Part shown: one piece after another, positions 37,970 through 47,729 of the stretch
Position numbering within the stretch: position 1 is the stretch's first letter
Layout of the letters: each line of letters starts with the position of its first letter
Assembly (NCBI GenBank): GCA_964404845.1
Contig: CAYOLS010000001.1
Location: 2,067 to 66,066, forward strand
Direction of reading: 5' to 3'
DNA length: 64,000 nt
Source: an uncultured Ferruginibacter sp.
GTDB taxonomy: Bacteria > Bacteroidota > Bacteroidia > Chitinophagales > Chitinophagaceae
Program-made: the position numbers and the translations under genes
Notes under the pieces: generated by a model
Database searches by the model: none
Seen by the model: the letters and a program-made list of their open reading frames with translations, nothing else
What the model was told of the DNA's origin: nothing

Positions 37970-39406
37970 TTATCCTTTAGTCAGAAAACTGCGTAGTTTT
38001 TCCAGCATCTTATTCAGCAACTCTATTCCTTTCAATTTGAGCATATATGCTCCGGTAATGTACAATAACGAGAAAAGGATGGTAATAATTGTAGCCCGTA
38101 AAAAATGCCGTTCAGGGTCTATAAAATGAACAACGCCCCAGGTAATGGCTGCTGCCATAGTTCCCAGTAGTATGTAAGGCATCATTATTTTTACCTGCCA
38201 CATAAAATTAACCTTTATATCCTTGCTGACAAATACCATGTTCAGCAAAAGACATACATAAGAAGCTACTACGTAAGTAATAATAAAACCCTTAAGCCCC
38301 AATAAAAAACCAAACAGGTAGGCCGGTAACATTACCAGTTTTTTATAAACTTCCAGCCGCAAAAAGCTTTTTGAATTGCCAACACCCGAAATCATATTCA
38401 CCATTAAACTACTTACAGGCCATACAATGCCGGCAAGCATCATTAGCTGGAAAAGAACGGCAGCTTCGTTCCACCTTTCGGTAAATAATATTATGAAAAG
38501 GTCTTTTGATAAAAGAAACAACACTCCGCAAAGGCCTGCCGACACAAATGTGATCACATTGAGATAACGATTATATATTTCTTTTAAATAGGCCAGGTTG
38601 TGCTGGTGTTTGGCTATATAAGGAAACAATGAGCTCATAATGCTGCCTGCAGAAAAAGTTCTTACAAACCCTTCCATGCTTTGCGCCCTGTAATAGTAAC
38701 CCAGTGTATCTGTATGATATATTTTCCCGATAATAAATGAGTCGAGTCGTGAATAAATACGATCAAGAAGGCCTGAAGCAAATATTCGGCTACCATACTG
38801 CCATAATGGTTTTATGGATGCAAAGTCAAACTCCCGGGTTGGCCACCAGCGCACATACCAGATATTCAATAATAAAATAAGTGCAGAGGATATTAATGTC
38901 TGCGCAACCAGGGCCCATATACCGTAATTATTGTAAGCCATTACAATGCCTATAATACCAGATAATACAGAAGCCAGTACAAGGATAATACTATTGGCTT
39001 TAAGTTTCAGCTGTTTGTAAATAAGCGAAGATGGTACCAGGTTGAGCCCGTTGAGCAAAAAGCTGATGGATATAACCCTGAATACGGGCTTTATAAGCGG
39101 CTGATCATAAAAATCTGCCAATGGCCCGGCGATAAAAAAACAGATCATCATTAATACAAATGCTGCCGCTGCATTTATATAAAAAACCGTTGATAGCTGT
39201 AAAGATGAAATATGCTGCTGCTGGATAATGGCCCTGTTAAAGCCAAGCTCCATAAAGATGGCAGCCAGTGAAACAACCACCATTACCAATGCCATAATAC
39301 CAAACTCTTCAGGTTGCAGCAGTCGGGTAAGCACAATGGAAATAAGGAAAGTAACCAGGTAGTTACCAAATTTTCCAATGTATTCCCATATAATATTTTT
39401 AAACAT
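37970..39406 (-). CDS. wzx: Wzx flippase (WzxC-like, MOP superfamily)
   Basis: About 12 TMs; LTRLLQPEEFG, AIIQ, YGIWALV, LGYYYRA. Confidence 0.9.
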   Translation of the reverse strand: MFKNIIWEYIGKFGNYLVTFLISIVLTRLLQPEEFGIMALVMVVVSLAAIFMELGFNRAIIQQQHISSLQLSTVFYINAAAAFVLMMICFFIAGPLADFYDQPLIKPVFRVISISFLLNGLNLVPSSLIYKQLKLKANSIILVLASVLSGIIGIVMAYNNYGIWALVAQTLISSALILLLNIWYVRWWPTREFDFASIKPLWQYGSRIFASGLLDRIYSRLDSFIIGKIYHTDTLGYYYRAQSMEGFVRTFSAGSIMSSLFPYIAKHQHNLAYLKEIYNRYLNVITFVSAGLCGVLFLLSKDLFIILFTERWNEAAVLFQLMMLAGIVWPVSSLMVNMISGVGNSKSFLRLEVYKKLVMLPAYLFGFLLGLKGFIITYVVASYVCLLLNMVFVSKDIKVNFMWQVKIMMPYILLGTMAAAITWGVVHFIDPERHFLRATIITILFSLLYITGAYMLKLKGIELLNKMLEKLRSFLTKG

Positions 39407-39436
39407 CCACTTGTTTTAGTAACGGGCTCAGGAAGG

Positions 39437-40300
39437 CTATGAATTGGCTACACGTAAAAGGTATTCACCATAACCACTTTTTTTGAGACCTGTGGCTAGT
39501 TCCAGCAATTGTTCTTTTTGAATAAAACCCATTCTCCAGGCTATTTCTTCCGGGCAACCAATTTTTAAACCCTGTCTCTTTTCAATTACCCGTACATACT
39601 CGCTGGCATCGCTCAAAGAGTCGAATGTGCCGGTATCGAGCCAAGCAAATCCACGATCCAACACGCCTACATGCAGTGTTTTATTTTGCAGGTATACTTT
39701 GTTTACGTCAGTAATTTCGTATTCACCTCTTACACTCGGCTTTAATTCTTTGGCAATTTTAACTACAGAATTATCATAAAAATATAAGCCTGGTACAGCG
39801 TAATTACTTTTAGGTTTCTCCGGCTTTTCCTCGAGGCTTAAAGCCGTAAATTTATCATCAAATTCTACCACACCATATCTTTCGGGGTCGCTAACGGGGT
39901 AAGCAAAAATAACAGCTCCACCAGGATTTGCGCTTTGCTGCAGTAGTTTACTGAAACCGCTACCGTAAAAAATGTTATCGCCAAGTACCAGCGCCACACT
40001 ATCATCACCAATAAAATCTTCCCCTATTACAAATGCCTGTGCCAAACCATTTGGTACTTCCTGTTTAGCATATTGAATATTGCAACCCCACTTGTTTCCA
40101 TTACCCAGTAAGCGCTGAAACTGCGACTGGTCTTCGGGTGTGGTTATCACGAGTATATCTTTGACACCAGCCAGCATTAGGGTACTAAGCGGGTAATAGA
40201 TCATAGGCTTATCATAAATTGGCATCAACTGCTTGCTGATACCCATTGTAATAGGATAAAGCCTTGTGCCTGATCCCCCGGCAAGAATAATTCCTTTCAT
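39437..40300 (-). CDS. rfbA: Glucose-1-phosphate thymidylyltransferase (RmlA)
   Basis: [48 protein letters not shown]. Confidence 0.97.
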   Translation of the reverse strand: MKGIILAGGSGTRLYPITMGISKQLMPIYDKPMIYYPLSTLMLAGVKDILVITTPEDQSQFQRLLGNGNKWGCNIQYAKQEVPNGLAQAFVIGEDFIGDDSVALVLGDNIFYGSGFSKLLQQSANPGGAVIFAYPVSDPERYGVVEFDDKFTALSLEEKPEKPKSNYAVPGLYFYDNSVVKIAKELKPSVRGEYEITDVNKVYLQNKTLHVGVLDRGFAWLDTGTFDSLSDASEYVRVIEKRQGLKIGCPEEIAWRMGFIQKEQLLELATGLKKSGYGEYLLRVANS

Positions 40301-40303
40301 TCG

Positions 40304-41356
40304 TTATCTTTTATGATACTGTTCTTCGTAATAATCTTTGTAGTGCCCGTTTACGACATCGTTTAACCAACCTGTATTTGCCAGGTACCAGTCGATGGTT
40401 TTGGAAAGGCCTTCCTTAAACTGCAATGAAGGCACCCAACCTAATTCATTTTTTAGTTTGCTGGCGTCTATTGCATAACGCATATCGTGGCCTGCCCTGT
40501 CTTTTACAAATGTGATGAGTTTTTCAGAACTACCAGCCTTCCTGTTCAGCTTGCTATCCATCTGCCTGCATAGCTCTTTTATAAGATCAATATTGGCCCA
40601 CTCGTTGTGTCCGCCTATGTTGTAGGTTTCTCCAATTTTTCCAAAATGGAAAATGGTATCAATGGCCCTTGCATGATCTTCTACAAACAACCAGTCACGC
40701 ACATTTTCACCCTTACCATAAATCGGGAGTGGCTTGTTGTTAATAATATTATTAATGCTGAGCGGAATCAATTTCTCGGGAAAATGATAGGGACCATAGT
40801 TATTGCTACAGTTGGATATTTTAACCGGCAAGTGATACGTATGGTAAAAAGCTCTTACAAAATGGTCGCTGGAAGCCTTTGAAGCCGAGTATGGGCTGCG
40901 TGGGTCATAGGCTGTTGTTTCGTAAAAGAAACCTTCTTCACCTAAAGACCCATAAACTTCATCTGTAGAAATATGGTAAAATATTTTGTTGTCGTAATTT
41001 CCCTTCCACTGCTCTTTGGCAGCCTGCAACAATGTGGCTGTGCCCATTACATTGGTTCTTACAAATGCCAGTGGGTCTGTGATAGACCTATCCACGTGGC
41101 TTTCGGCTGCACAATGCAATACACCGGTGAAATCATGCTCGGTAAAAAGTTGCTGAACAATATCTGCATCGGTAATATCGCCTTTTACAAAATGATAATT
41201 AGGTTTATCCTCTATATCGCTCAGGTTGTTAAGATTGCCCGCATAAGTCAGTGCATCCAGGTTGACAATTTTATAGTGGGGGTATTTGTTTACAAATAAC
41301 CTCGTAAGATGGGAGCCAATAAAGCCGGCGCCGCCTGTAATAAGAATGGTTTGCAT
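40304..41356 (-). CDS. rfbB: dTDP-glucose 4,6-dehydratase (RmlB)
   Basis: ITGGAGFIG, AAESHVDRS, STDEVYG, YSASK, FPEKLIP, RAGHDMRYA. Confidence 0.97.
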   Translation of the reverse strand: MQTILITGGAGFIGSHLTRLFVNKYPHYKIVNLDALTYAGNLNNLSDIEDKPNYHFVKGDITDADIVQQLFTEHDFTGVLHCAAESHVDRSITDPLAFVRTNVMGTATLLQAAKEQWKGNYDNKIFYHISTDEVYGSLGEEGFFYETTAYDPRSPYSASKASSDHFVRAFYHTYHLPVKISNCSNNYGPYHFPEKLIPLSINNIINNKPLPIYGKGENVRDWLFVEDHARAIDTIFHFGKIGETYNIGGHNEWANIDLIKELCRQMDSKLNRKAGSSEKLITFVKDRAGHDMRYAIDASKLKNELGWVPSLQFKEGLSKTIDWYLANTGWLNDVVNGHYKDYYEEQYHKR

Positions 41357-41607
41357 AAGTAACAAAAATACAGAAAGGAATTTGATAAATAAACTGCTTC
41401 CTCTGCCAGAGGCTTATCAGTGCCTTATATAACGAAAAAAGAGCGACAGGAGCCTTTGCTATATTTTATGCAATAATAAATTAGCAGTATATTTGACGCT
41501 ATTGTTTGATTAGAAGAGATATCATTTAGATGAGTCGCTCACCGAAAATTTTTTATTTCAGGCCAGCGGGATTTTCAATTTTATTTTAATTAAAAGAAAT
41601 TATTAAT

Positions 41608-43269
41608 ATGATTAGAGCGGGGATTCTGCTGGATAGCTACATGCAACCTATGTGGGTTTATAGAATGGTGGAGGAAATAATAAACAGCCGTGATGCGGAA
41701 ATTGTACTGGTTATCAAAAATGACAATACTGAATTAAAAAATAAATCCAATTTTCAGAAAATAATTGAACAAAAAAAGAACCTGCTTTACCAGTCATATA
41801 TAGCTATTGAAAATAAAATTTCCAAGCCTGCTCACAATGCGTTTGAGTTTAAAGATATTTCTGAGCTGCAGAGTATTGCACAAACACCTGTTCTGAATGT
41901 AAAGCCTATCCAAAAAAAATACATAGATATATTTGAAGAGTCAGACATTCAAAAAATAGCTGGCTATGATGTTGATGTACTGGTGAGACTTGGTTTTAGA
42001 ATTTTGAGTGGTAAAATTTTAACCATTGCCCGGTATGGTGTGTGGTCATATCACCATGGAGACAACAGGGTTAACAAAGGTGGTCCGGCAGGCGTATGGG
42101 AATCACTATTGAGATGGAAAGAAACTGGCTCAGTGCTCCAGATACTCACTGAGGACCTTGATAACGGTAAAGTGTTGTACAGGTCGTGGGCCAATACACA
42201 TCGGTACTTTATCAACCAGAATTTAAATAAGTTTTATTGGAAGACAGCATCATTCTTACCCCGTATGCTGAGCCGTCTAAATAAAGTTGGAGCCGATAAA
42301 TTTTTTGAAGAAGTTAAAGAGAAAAACAGCGGTATTGAATTTTATTCTAACAGGCTGTTTAAAAAACCCGGCAATTTTGAATTCTTTCGCCTCATAAGCT
42401 CTAAAATATTTTCCCTGGGATATTATGCAATATGGCGAATGTTCAATTTTGAACAATGGATATTGTTGTACTCCTTGAATAAAGAGGCTCACCCATCCAC
42501 CTCATTATTCAAGTATAAAAAAATGATTCCTGATAAAAGCTTATTCTGGGCAGATCCTTTTATAATATACCGGGATAACCGTTACTATATTTTTATTGAG
42601 GAATACGTTTATAAAACCAGTAAAGGGCATATTTCTGTTATCGAAATGAGCGAAGATGGCTCTTACCAGGCTCCTCAAAAAGTACTGGATAAACCTTATC
42701 ATTTATCTTATCCTTTTACTTTTGAGTATGAAGGCGAATATTACATGATCCCGGAGACAGAACAAAACAAATCGATAGAGCTATACAAATGCACTTTATT
42801 CCCCGACAAGTGGGAGTTTGTAATGAACCTTATGGACAATGTATATGCCTGTGATACAACAATTGAAATGAAAGATGGCAAACTATGGCTTTTTTCATGT
42901 ATGAAACAATATGAAGGAGATTCCTGCCATGATGAATTATTTTTATTTTATTCAGATACATTGTTTACGAAAAACTGGATCCCTCATGATAAGAATCCTA
43001 TTGTAAGCGATGTAAAAAATGCAAGGCCCGCCGGGCCATTATTTTATCAGGATGGTAAAGCATACAGGCCTGCGCAAGATTGCTCTGAAGTCTATGGAAA
43101 GAAAATAAATATCAATGAAATAATTATTCTGAACGAAAAGGAATATGAGGAAAAAATAGTTTCAACTATTGAACCAAACTGGAATAAAAAAATTCATCGT
43201 ACGCATACATTTGTTTCACAGCATAAATTATCAATGGTTGATGGGTTTCTGAACAGGCGACGTTTTTAG
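41608..43269 (+). CDS. Fusion protein: formyltransferase-like N-terminal domain plus five-bladed beta-propeller (GINT1-N/GH43-like)
   Basis: GFRIL..ILT...GVWSYHHGD...KGGPAG.WE...TGSVLQIL.EDLDNG resembles the formyltransferase fold. C-terminal WADPF, HLSYPF, MIPE, ARPAG, RPAQDC fit a propeller. No signal peptide. Confidence 0.6.
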   Translation: MIRAGILLDSYMQPMWVYRMVEEIINSRDAEIVLVIKNDNTELKNKSNFQKIIEQKKNLLYQSYIAIENKISKPAHNAFEFKDISELQSIAQTPVLNVKPIQKKYIDIFEESDIQKIAGYDVDVLVRLGFRILSGKILTIARYGVWSYHHGDNRVNKGGPAGVWESLLRWKETGSVLQILTEDLDNGKVLYRSWANTHRYFINQNLNKFYWKTASFLPRMLSRLNKVGADKFFEEVKEKNSGIEFYSNRLFKKPGNFEFFRLISSKIFSLGYYAIWRMFNFEQWILLYSLNKEAHPSTSLFKYKKMIPDKSLFWADPFIIYRDNRYYIFIEEYVYKTSKGHISVIEMSEDGSYQAPQKVLDKPYHLSYPFTFEYEGEYYMIPETEQNKSIELYKCTLFPDKWEFVMNLMDNVYACDTTIEMKDGKLWLFSCMKQYEGDSCHDELFLFYSDTLFTKNWIPHDKNPIVSDVKNARPAGPLFYQDGKAYRPAQDCSEVYGKKININEIIILNEKEYEEKIVSTIEPNWNKKIHRTHTFVSQHKLSMVDGFLNRRRF

Positions 43270-43276
43270 CTGAATA

Positions 43277-44455
43277 CTATTTACCGACGAATGCGTCCCC
43301 GTAAAGTTTGCTTATATGTGTTTTGTCGAACATAGCCGCTCGTTCAAAAGCTACTGAAGACAATGATTCCTGTAAAGTTTTGTCATTGTATAAATCCAAC
43401 ATCGCTTTTGCCATCGATTCAGCGTCATTAACAGCAGTAAGGACGCCATACTTCATAACCTCAAAGCCGGTTTTTATTTCTTCTTCAACATTTGTTTCAG
43501 GCGCAAGAAGTTCACGTGGGCCGGATTTACAATCTGTAGAAATAACAGCTTTTCTACAAGCCAGCGCTTCCAATAGTACATTCGGAAAGCCTTCGGTATA
43601 AGAGCTTAGTACAAAGCAATTTGCCCTGCTTATATATTTGTATGGGTTGTTATCAAAACCGGTAAAAATAACCTTATCGGTTATACCATTCTCTTCTGCT
43701 ATCTTTTTAAATTCAGGCTCAAGTTTACCGCCCCCGATGAGTATTAATTTTATTGGGTATTGTTTTAAAATACCTATTGCTTTAAGGAGTATATCATATC
43801 TTTTTTCCGGCCTGAAATTTCCTACTGAAATAAAATAATAAGAATCCTTATCAAATATATACTGGGGCACTTCCCTTGATTTCTCCTCGATATCCTGTAA
43901 ATCGATGGGATTGTATATAACTTCTATAGGAGTTGTGATGCCAAAATTATTGATAAGATCAAGCTTTGATAACATTGAATTGGTTAACACAAGATCCGCT
44001 TTCTGATAGGAGAAGCTGATAAATTTTTTTGATATCTTTTTATATACTTCTGTTCCTCCGCCAATAACATTGAGGATATTGCTTTGGTAAGACCTTTCAC
44101 ACATCACTACTCTTCCTTTGTAATTCCACCAGCTTTTCATAAGAGCTGCTATATAACATGCCCGGTTCAGAAATGTAACAACAGTTCCTATATTATGTTT
44201 CCTGCAATACTTTTTTAATTTGTAGGCTATTAATGGTAATCTTAAAAAGATCTTTGCATTTCCATTTTTTTCATCTTCTGCAAGGTCAATTATTTTTACC
44301 GAAACAGGTATTTTATAATCAAAGATCTGGTGATACAACGCCAGGTGAATTTCAAAATCCCCCTGCAAACTATTTATTAACTGGGACATTACTCTTTCCG
44401 CTCCGCCAAAATTCAATGAGTTGATGACAAAAAGAATCTTGTTATTTGTTTGCAT
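43277..44455 (-). CDS. Glycosyltransferase family 4 (PglJ-like)
   Basis: INSLNFGGAER, IYNPID, VGNFRPEK, SSYTEGFPNVLLEA, DCKSGPRE. Confidence 0.92.
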   Translation of the reverse strand: MQTNNKILFVINSLNFGGAERVMSQLINSLQGDFEIHLALYHQIFDYKIPVSVKIIDLAEDEKNGNAKIFLRLPLIAYKLKKYCRKHNIGTVVTFLNRACYIAALMKSWWNYKGRVVMCERSYQSNILNVIGGGTEVYKKISKKFISFSYQKADLVLTNSMLSKLDLINNFGITTPIEVIYNPIDLQDIEEKSREVPQYIFDKDSYYFISVGNFRPEKRYDILLKAIGILKQYPIKLILIGGGKLEPEFKKIAEENGITDKVIFTGFDNNPYKYISRANCFVLSSYTEGFPNVLLEALACRKAVISTDCKSGPRELLAPETNVEEEIKTGFEVMKYGVLTAVNDAESMAKAMLDLYNDKTLQESLSSVAFERAAMFDKTHISKLYGDAFVGK

Positions 44456-44589
44456 GTAATAAATTTACGCAAATGTAATTGCCTTAGAATTAATATAAAA
44501 TAATATGCAGTAACAAAATAAAGCCATACAGTAAATTATACCGGTTTATTAGCTATGTATTTAATAAATTTGATTTTAAATAATTGCGA

Positions 44590-45921
44590 ATGCAGGAAAC
44601 CCTGGCAGATCTAATCAGTTTTACAGACTTCTTTATATTATTAGTGTATGCATTCCTGTTTGCTTTTATTTTAAAGAATTACATATTTAAATCATTATCT
44701 CCCGGTCAAAAAAAACTCCTCCTCGTTTTCTTTTACCTGAAAGTTTTTTTTGTTGCCATCCATTCTTTACTGCTTATATATGTATGGAAGTTAGGCGATT
44801 CAGTATTTGTTTATTCCGAAGCCAAGAACCTGGTACAGCTTATTGACAGGGATTTTTCTAATATCAAATATATTTTTACACCTGTTTCTTCTTACAGGAG
44901 CCTTATAAATCTTGATAATAATCTTATCCTGCAAACAGGCAGCTCAATGGAGAATAATTTTTTTTTAACAAGGGTTTCGGTTCTCTTATATCCGCTGGCA
45001 CTGGGAAAATATTTATTGATAAGCTTTGGTTTTGCTGCCTTTTCAACGGTAGGCGTTTTTAAGTTATACCTTACTTTTTTAAAAATATACCCCAAACATA
45101 AAAAAATTATTACCCTAAGCATTCTGTTTATACCAACGATGCTATTTTATTCTTCTCCTATTTTTAAAGAGACCTTGTGCTATGCAATACTGGGATTTTG
45201 TGCAGAGCATGTTTACAATTTATTCAATAAAAAAGGAAGCTTAGCAGATGTAATATGGTTGGTAATTAATATTATTTTCCTATACATTGTAAAATCCTAT
45301 ATAGTATATGCAATTTCATTAGGCATTGGCCTTGCATACTCTTTTACATTATTATACAGGCTGTATATTAAATCCCTGATAGGCAAAATCAGTGTATTGA
45401 TGATCATAGGACTGGTAATACTGAGTTTTTATCTCGCCAGCAGCTTTATTGACCCGCTAATTACGTCGTTTGCACAGGATGCCAATTTTTTCCAGGAAAT
45501 ATACAATGATGGCGCCAGCACTTCGTCTTTTGAGATAGGAGAAATTCCCACCAGCTTTACAGGGCTACTGTTAAAAACACCCATTGCCCTATACACTACA
45601 TACTTCCGGCCACACATATGGGAAGCCAAAAATGTAATGGTATTACTAAATGCACTGGAATCCTCAGTTATGCTTGTACTAACAATTATGGCTTTTGTAA
45701 AAAAAGGAAGGTATTTTACTGCAATACTAAAAGAGAGCTTTCTTTCCAGGGTAATGCTGTTTTACATCATCATCCTTGGGATACTCATCGGGCTCACTAC
45801 TTTTAATTTTGGTTCACTGGTTCGATATAAAGTGCCGGCAGAGCCATTTTTATGGATACTTATGTTTATGCTTTGGAAATATAAGCCCGCAGCCAAAACA
45901 CTACCAGATAATCAGGTATGA
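44590..45921 (+). CDS. Polytopic membrane protein, GT-C/Wzy-like (paralogue B)
   Basis: Same motif order as 31420-32763: GD, LGKY, FYSSPIFKE, YFRPHIWE, NFGSLVRYK. Confidence 0.6.
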   Translation: MQETLADLISFTDFFILLVYAFLFAFILKNYIFKSLSPGQKKLLLVFFYLKVFFVAIHSLLLIYVWKLGDSVFVYSEAKNLVQLIDRDFSNIKYIFTPVSSYRSLINLDNNLILQTGSSMENNFFLTRVSVLLYPLALGKYLLISFGFAAFSTVGVFKLYLTFLKIYPKHKKIITLSILFIPTMLFYSSPIFKETLCYAILGFCAEHVYNLFNKKGSLADVIWLVINIIFLYIVKSYIVYAISLGIGLAYSFTLLYRLYIKSLIGKISVLMIIGLVILSFYLASSFIDPLITSFAQDANFFQEIYNDGASTSSFEIGEIPTSFTGLLLKTPIALYTTYFRPHIWEAKNVMVLLNALESSVMLVLTIMAFVKKGRYFTAILKESFLSRVMLFYIIILGILIGLTTFNFGSLVRYKVPAEPFLWILMFMLWKYKPAAKTLPDNQV

Positions 45922-47066
45922 ATAGCAGGCTTACCCAACAACCTTGAATAGTAGATCTGTAGCCTTATCATAATTATATCCCATAAACTTACTCTTACTT
46001 TTGTAAGAACTACAGCTTTATTTACGCATTCGATGATTTTTTTAATGGTTGCATCGGGGCTATAAGCATGTGCTGCTGAAATATTCTGTTCTATAAGCTT
46101 ATTGTAAGCATTATTATCAAGCGCTATTATTTTTTTTATATACTCCGAAAGGCTTTTAACCGGAACTCCATCAGAAGGGTCTCCGAACATAGGATTGATT
46201 TCATGATCAAACTCATTGAAGAAGCCATAAGAATGAGGGCTACGTTCTCCCTGTATTGCAATGAGGGGAGGGATGCCTGCAATTGCTGCCTGTATAACAG
46301 CACTTCCCATTCCGAAAAACATGTCATACGATTTTATAACATCATAAAAGTGCCGGAAGTCAAATGCTTCTTTTACAGCAATCTCATCAGCATGTTTTTT
46401 TTGCCGGAGATAATCGATCAATTTACTGTGGCTGGGGCCTTCTCCATATATATCATACTGTACCTGCAGGCCTTCTTCATTTAGTGCATCAACAGTATCG
46501 ATCATAGCCAGTATACTTTCCAGCTTAAAATCTACAAAACGCCCAATAGTAACGATTGAAAATGGTTTAGAAAAATCCCGTTGTTTTGTAAAAACTGCAT
46601 TTTCGGGGAGATTTACAATACAAGGACCGGCAATAAGATTAATCTCACCTTTAATTTCAGGAAATATTTTTTTACAACTTTGAATAGCTGTTCGGGAACT
46701 GGAGATCATATTCAACCCCGGCGTATTTCTCAATAGTTTACTAAAAAGTGTTGCTCTTACACTGGAGTAATTATAATCTAATGCAGTAAGCCATTGTTGC
46801 GGGTGGTATATGCCAAGTAATATGGGACATTGTAACTGGGCATACCTTGCAGCAAAAATTGCCAGTATAAAATCGGGATCCGAAAGAGCATAAATGGCCT
46901 TTATCCTGCGCCTGTTCTTTCTTATAAATTTTAAAAGGGAGCGTAGCGATTTTTCAATAATAAATTTTTCCGGGGCAAGTTCTGCCAGCGTATTTCCTAG
47001 CAAATTAATACCATTCATTTCCTTTGCCCGGCAAAAAAGCACGATAAGCTGGGTGTTTTCCTCCAT
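45912..47066 (-). CDS. Divergent GT-B (family 4-like) glycosyltransferase
   Basis: IVTIGRFVDFK, YDIYGEGP, FFGMGSAVIQAAIAGIP; the canonical EX7E motif is absent. Confidence 0.65.
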   Translation of the reverse strand: MEENTQLIVLFCRAKEMNGINLLGNTLAELAPEKFIIEKSLRSLLKFIRKNRRRIKAIYALSDPDFILAIFAARYAQLQCPILLGIYHPQQWLTALDYNYSSVRATLFSKLLRNTPGLNMISSSRTAIQSCKKIFPEIKGEINLIAGPCIVNLPENAVFTKQRDFSKPFSIVTIGRFVDFKLESILAMIDTVDALNEEGLQVQYDIYGEGPSHSKLIDYLRQKKHADEIAVKEAFDFRHFYDVIKSYDMFFGMGSAVIQAAIAGIPPLIAIQGERSPHSYGFFNEFDHEINPMFGDPSDGVPVKSLSEYIKKIIALDNNAYNKLIEQNISAAHAYSPDATIKKIIECVNKAVVLTKVRVSLWDIIMIRLQIYYSRLLGKPAIHT

Positions 47067-47078
47067 AATCTTTTTCTT

Positions 47079-47723
47079 TTACTGGTCAGCCGCTAATTCT
47101 TTTTTAACTATTGCCGGCACCCCAGCAACCATCACATTTTCAGGAACATCTTTCGTAACCACCGAACCTGCCGCAATGATGGAATTTTTTCCAATAGTAA
47201 CTTTTGGCAGAATAGTAGCATTGGTGCCTATGTTCACAAAAGCACCAATTTTACAATTGCCGGAAACATGCACGCCGGGCGACATCTCTACAAACTCCTC
47301 TATTATGCAATCATGGCCAACTGTGCAATTTAGGTTAATTAAAACAGCTTTTCCTATAGAGATATTATTGGTAATAACTGTACCGGTCATGATATTACAC
47401 CCCTCGCCAATGGTATTTCCAAAACTACCTATATGCGCCTGCGGACTTATAGTAGAAACCAGCTCACCACCGATTGACGTAAACATATCACACAATTTCT
47501 TTCTTGATTTCGGACCGCCAATGCCTATGGTGAATTGGTTGCCATTTTCGGCGAAGTATTGTTTTGCTTCATCCAGACTCCTTATCACCGGATACCTATC
47601 ATACAGCTTATCAGGCAGATCTGTTGACAGGTCATCATAAAAAGCTAATTTACTACCAGGATCTGCCTGGTAAATTACTTCCAGCACTTCTTTGGCAAAG
47701 CCCTTTGCTCCAATAATCAACAT
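47079..47723 (-). CDS. Sugar N-acetyltransferase, NeuD/PglD/VioB-like
   Basis: IIGAKGFAKEV, hexapeptide repeats, TVGHDC, GVPA; follows a VioA-like gene. Confidence 0.9.
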   Translation of the reverse strand: MLIIGAKGFAKEVLEVIYQADPGSKLAFYDDLSTDLPDKLYDRYPVIRSLDEAKQYFAENGNQFTIGIGGPKSRKKLCDMFTSIGGELVSTISPQAHIGSFGNTIGEGCNIMTGTVITNNISIGKAVLINLNCTVGHDCIIEEFVEMSPGVHVSGNCKIGAFVNIGTNATILPKVTIGKNSIIAAGSVVTKDVPENVMVAGVPAIVKKELAADQ

Positions 47724-47729
47724 AGCAGG

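Noticed and set aside
41608-43269. Calling this gene a sphingolipid (GIPC) glucosamine transferase
   Set aside because: The resemblance is only to a propeller domain; no GT-A/GT64 catalytic domain is visible.
46894-47640. 248-aa plus-strand ORF, and similar long shadow ORFs such as 9580-10116, 17995-18558 and 22772-23281
   Set aside because: These are antisense to well-supported genes and have no recognisable motifs.
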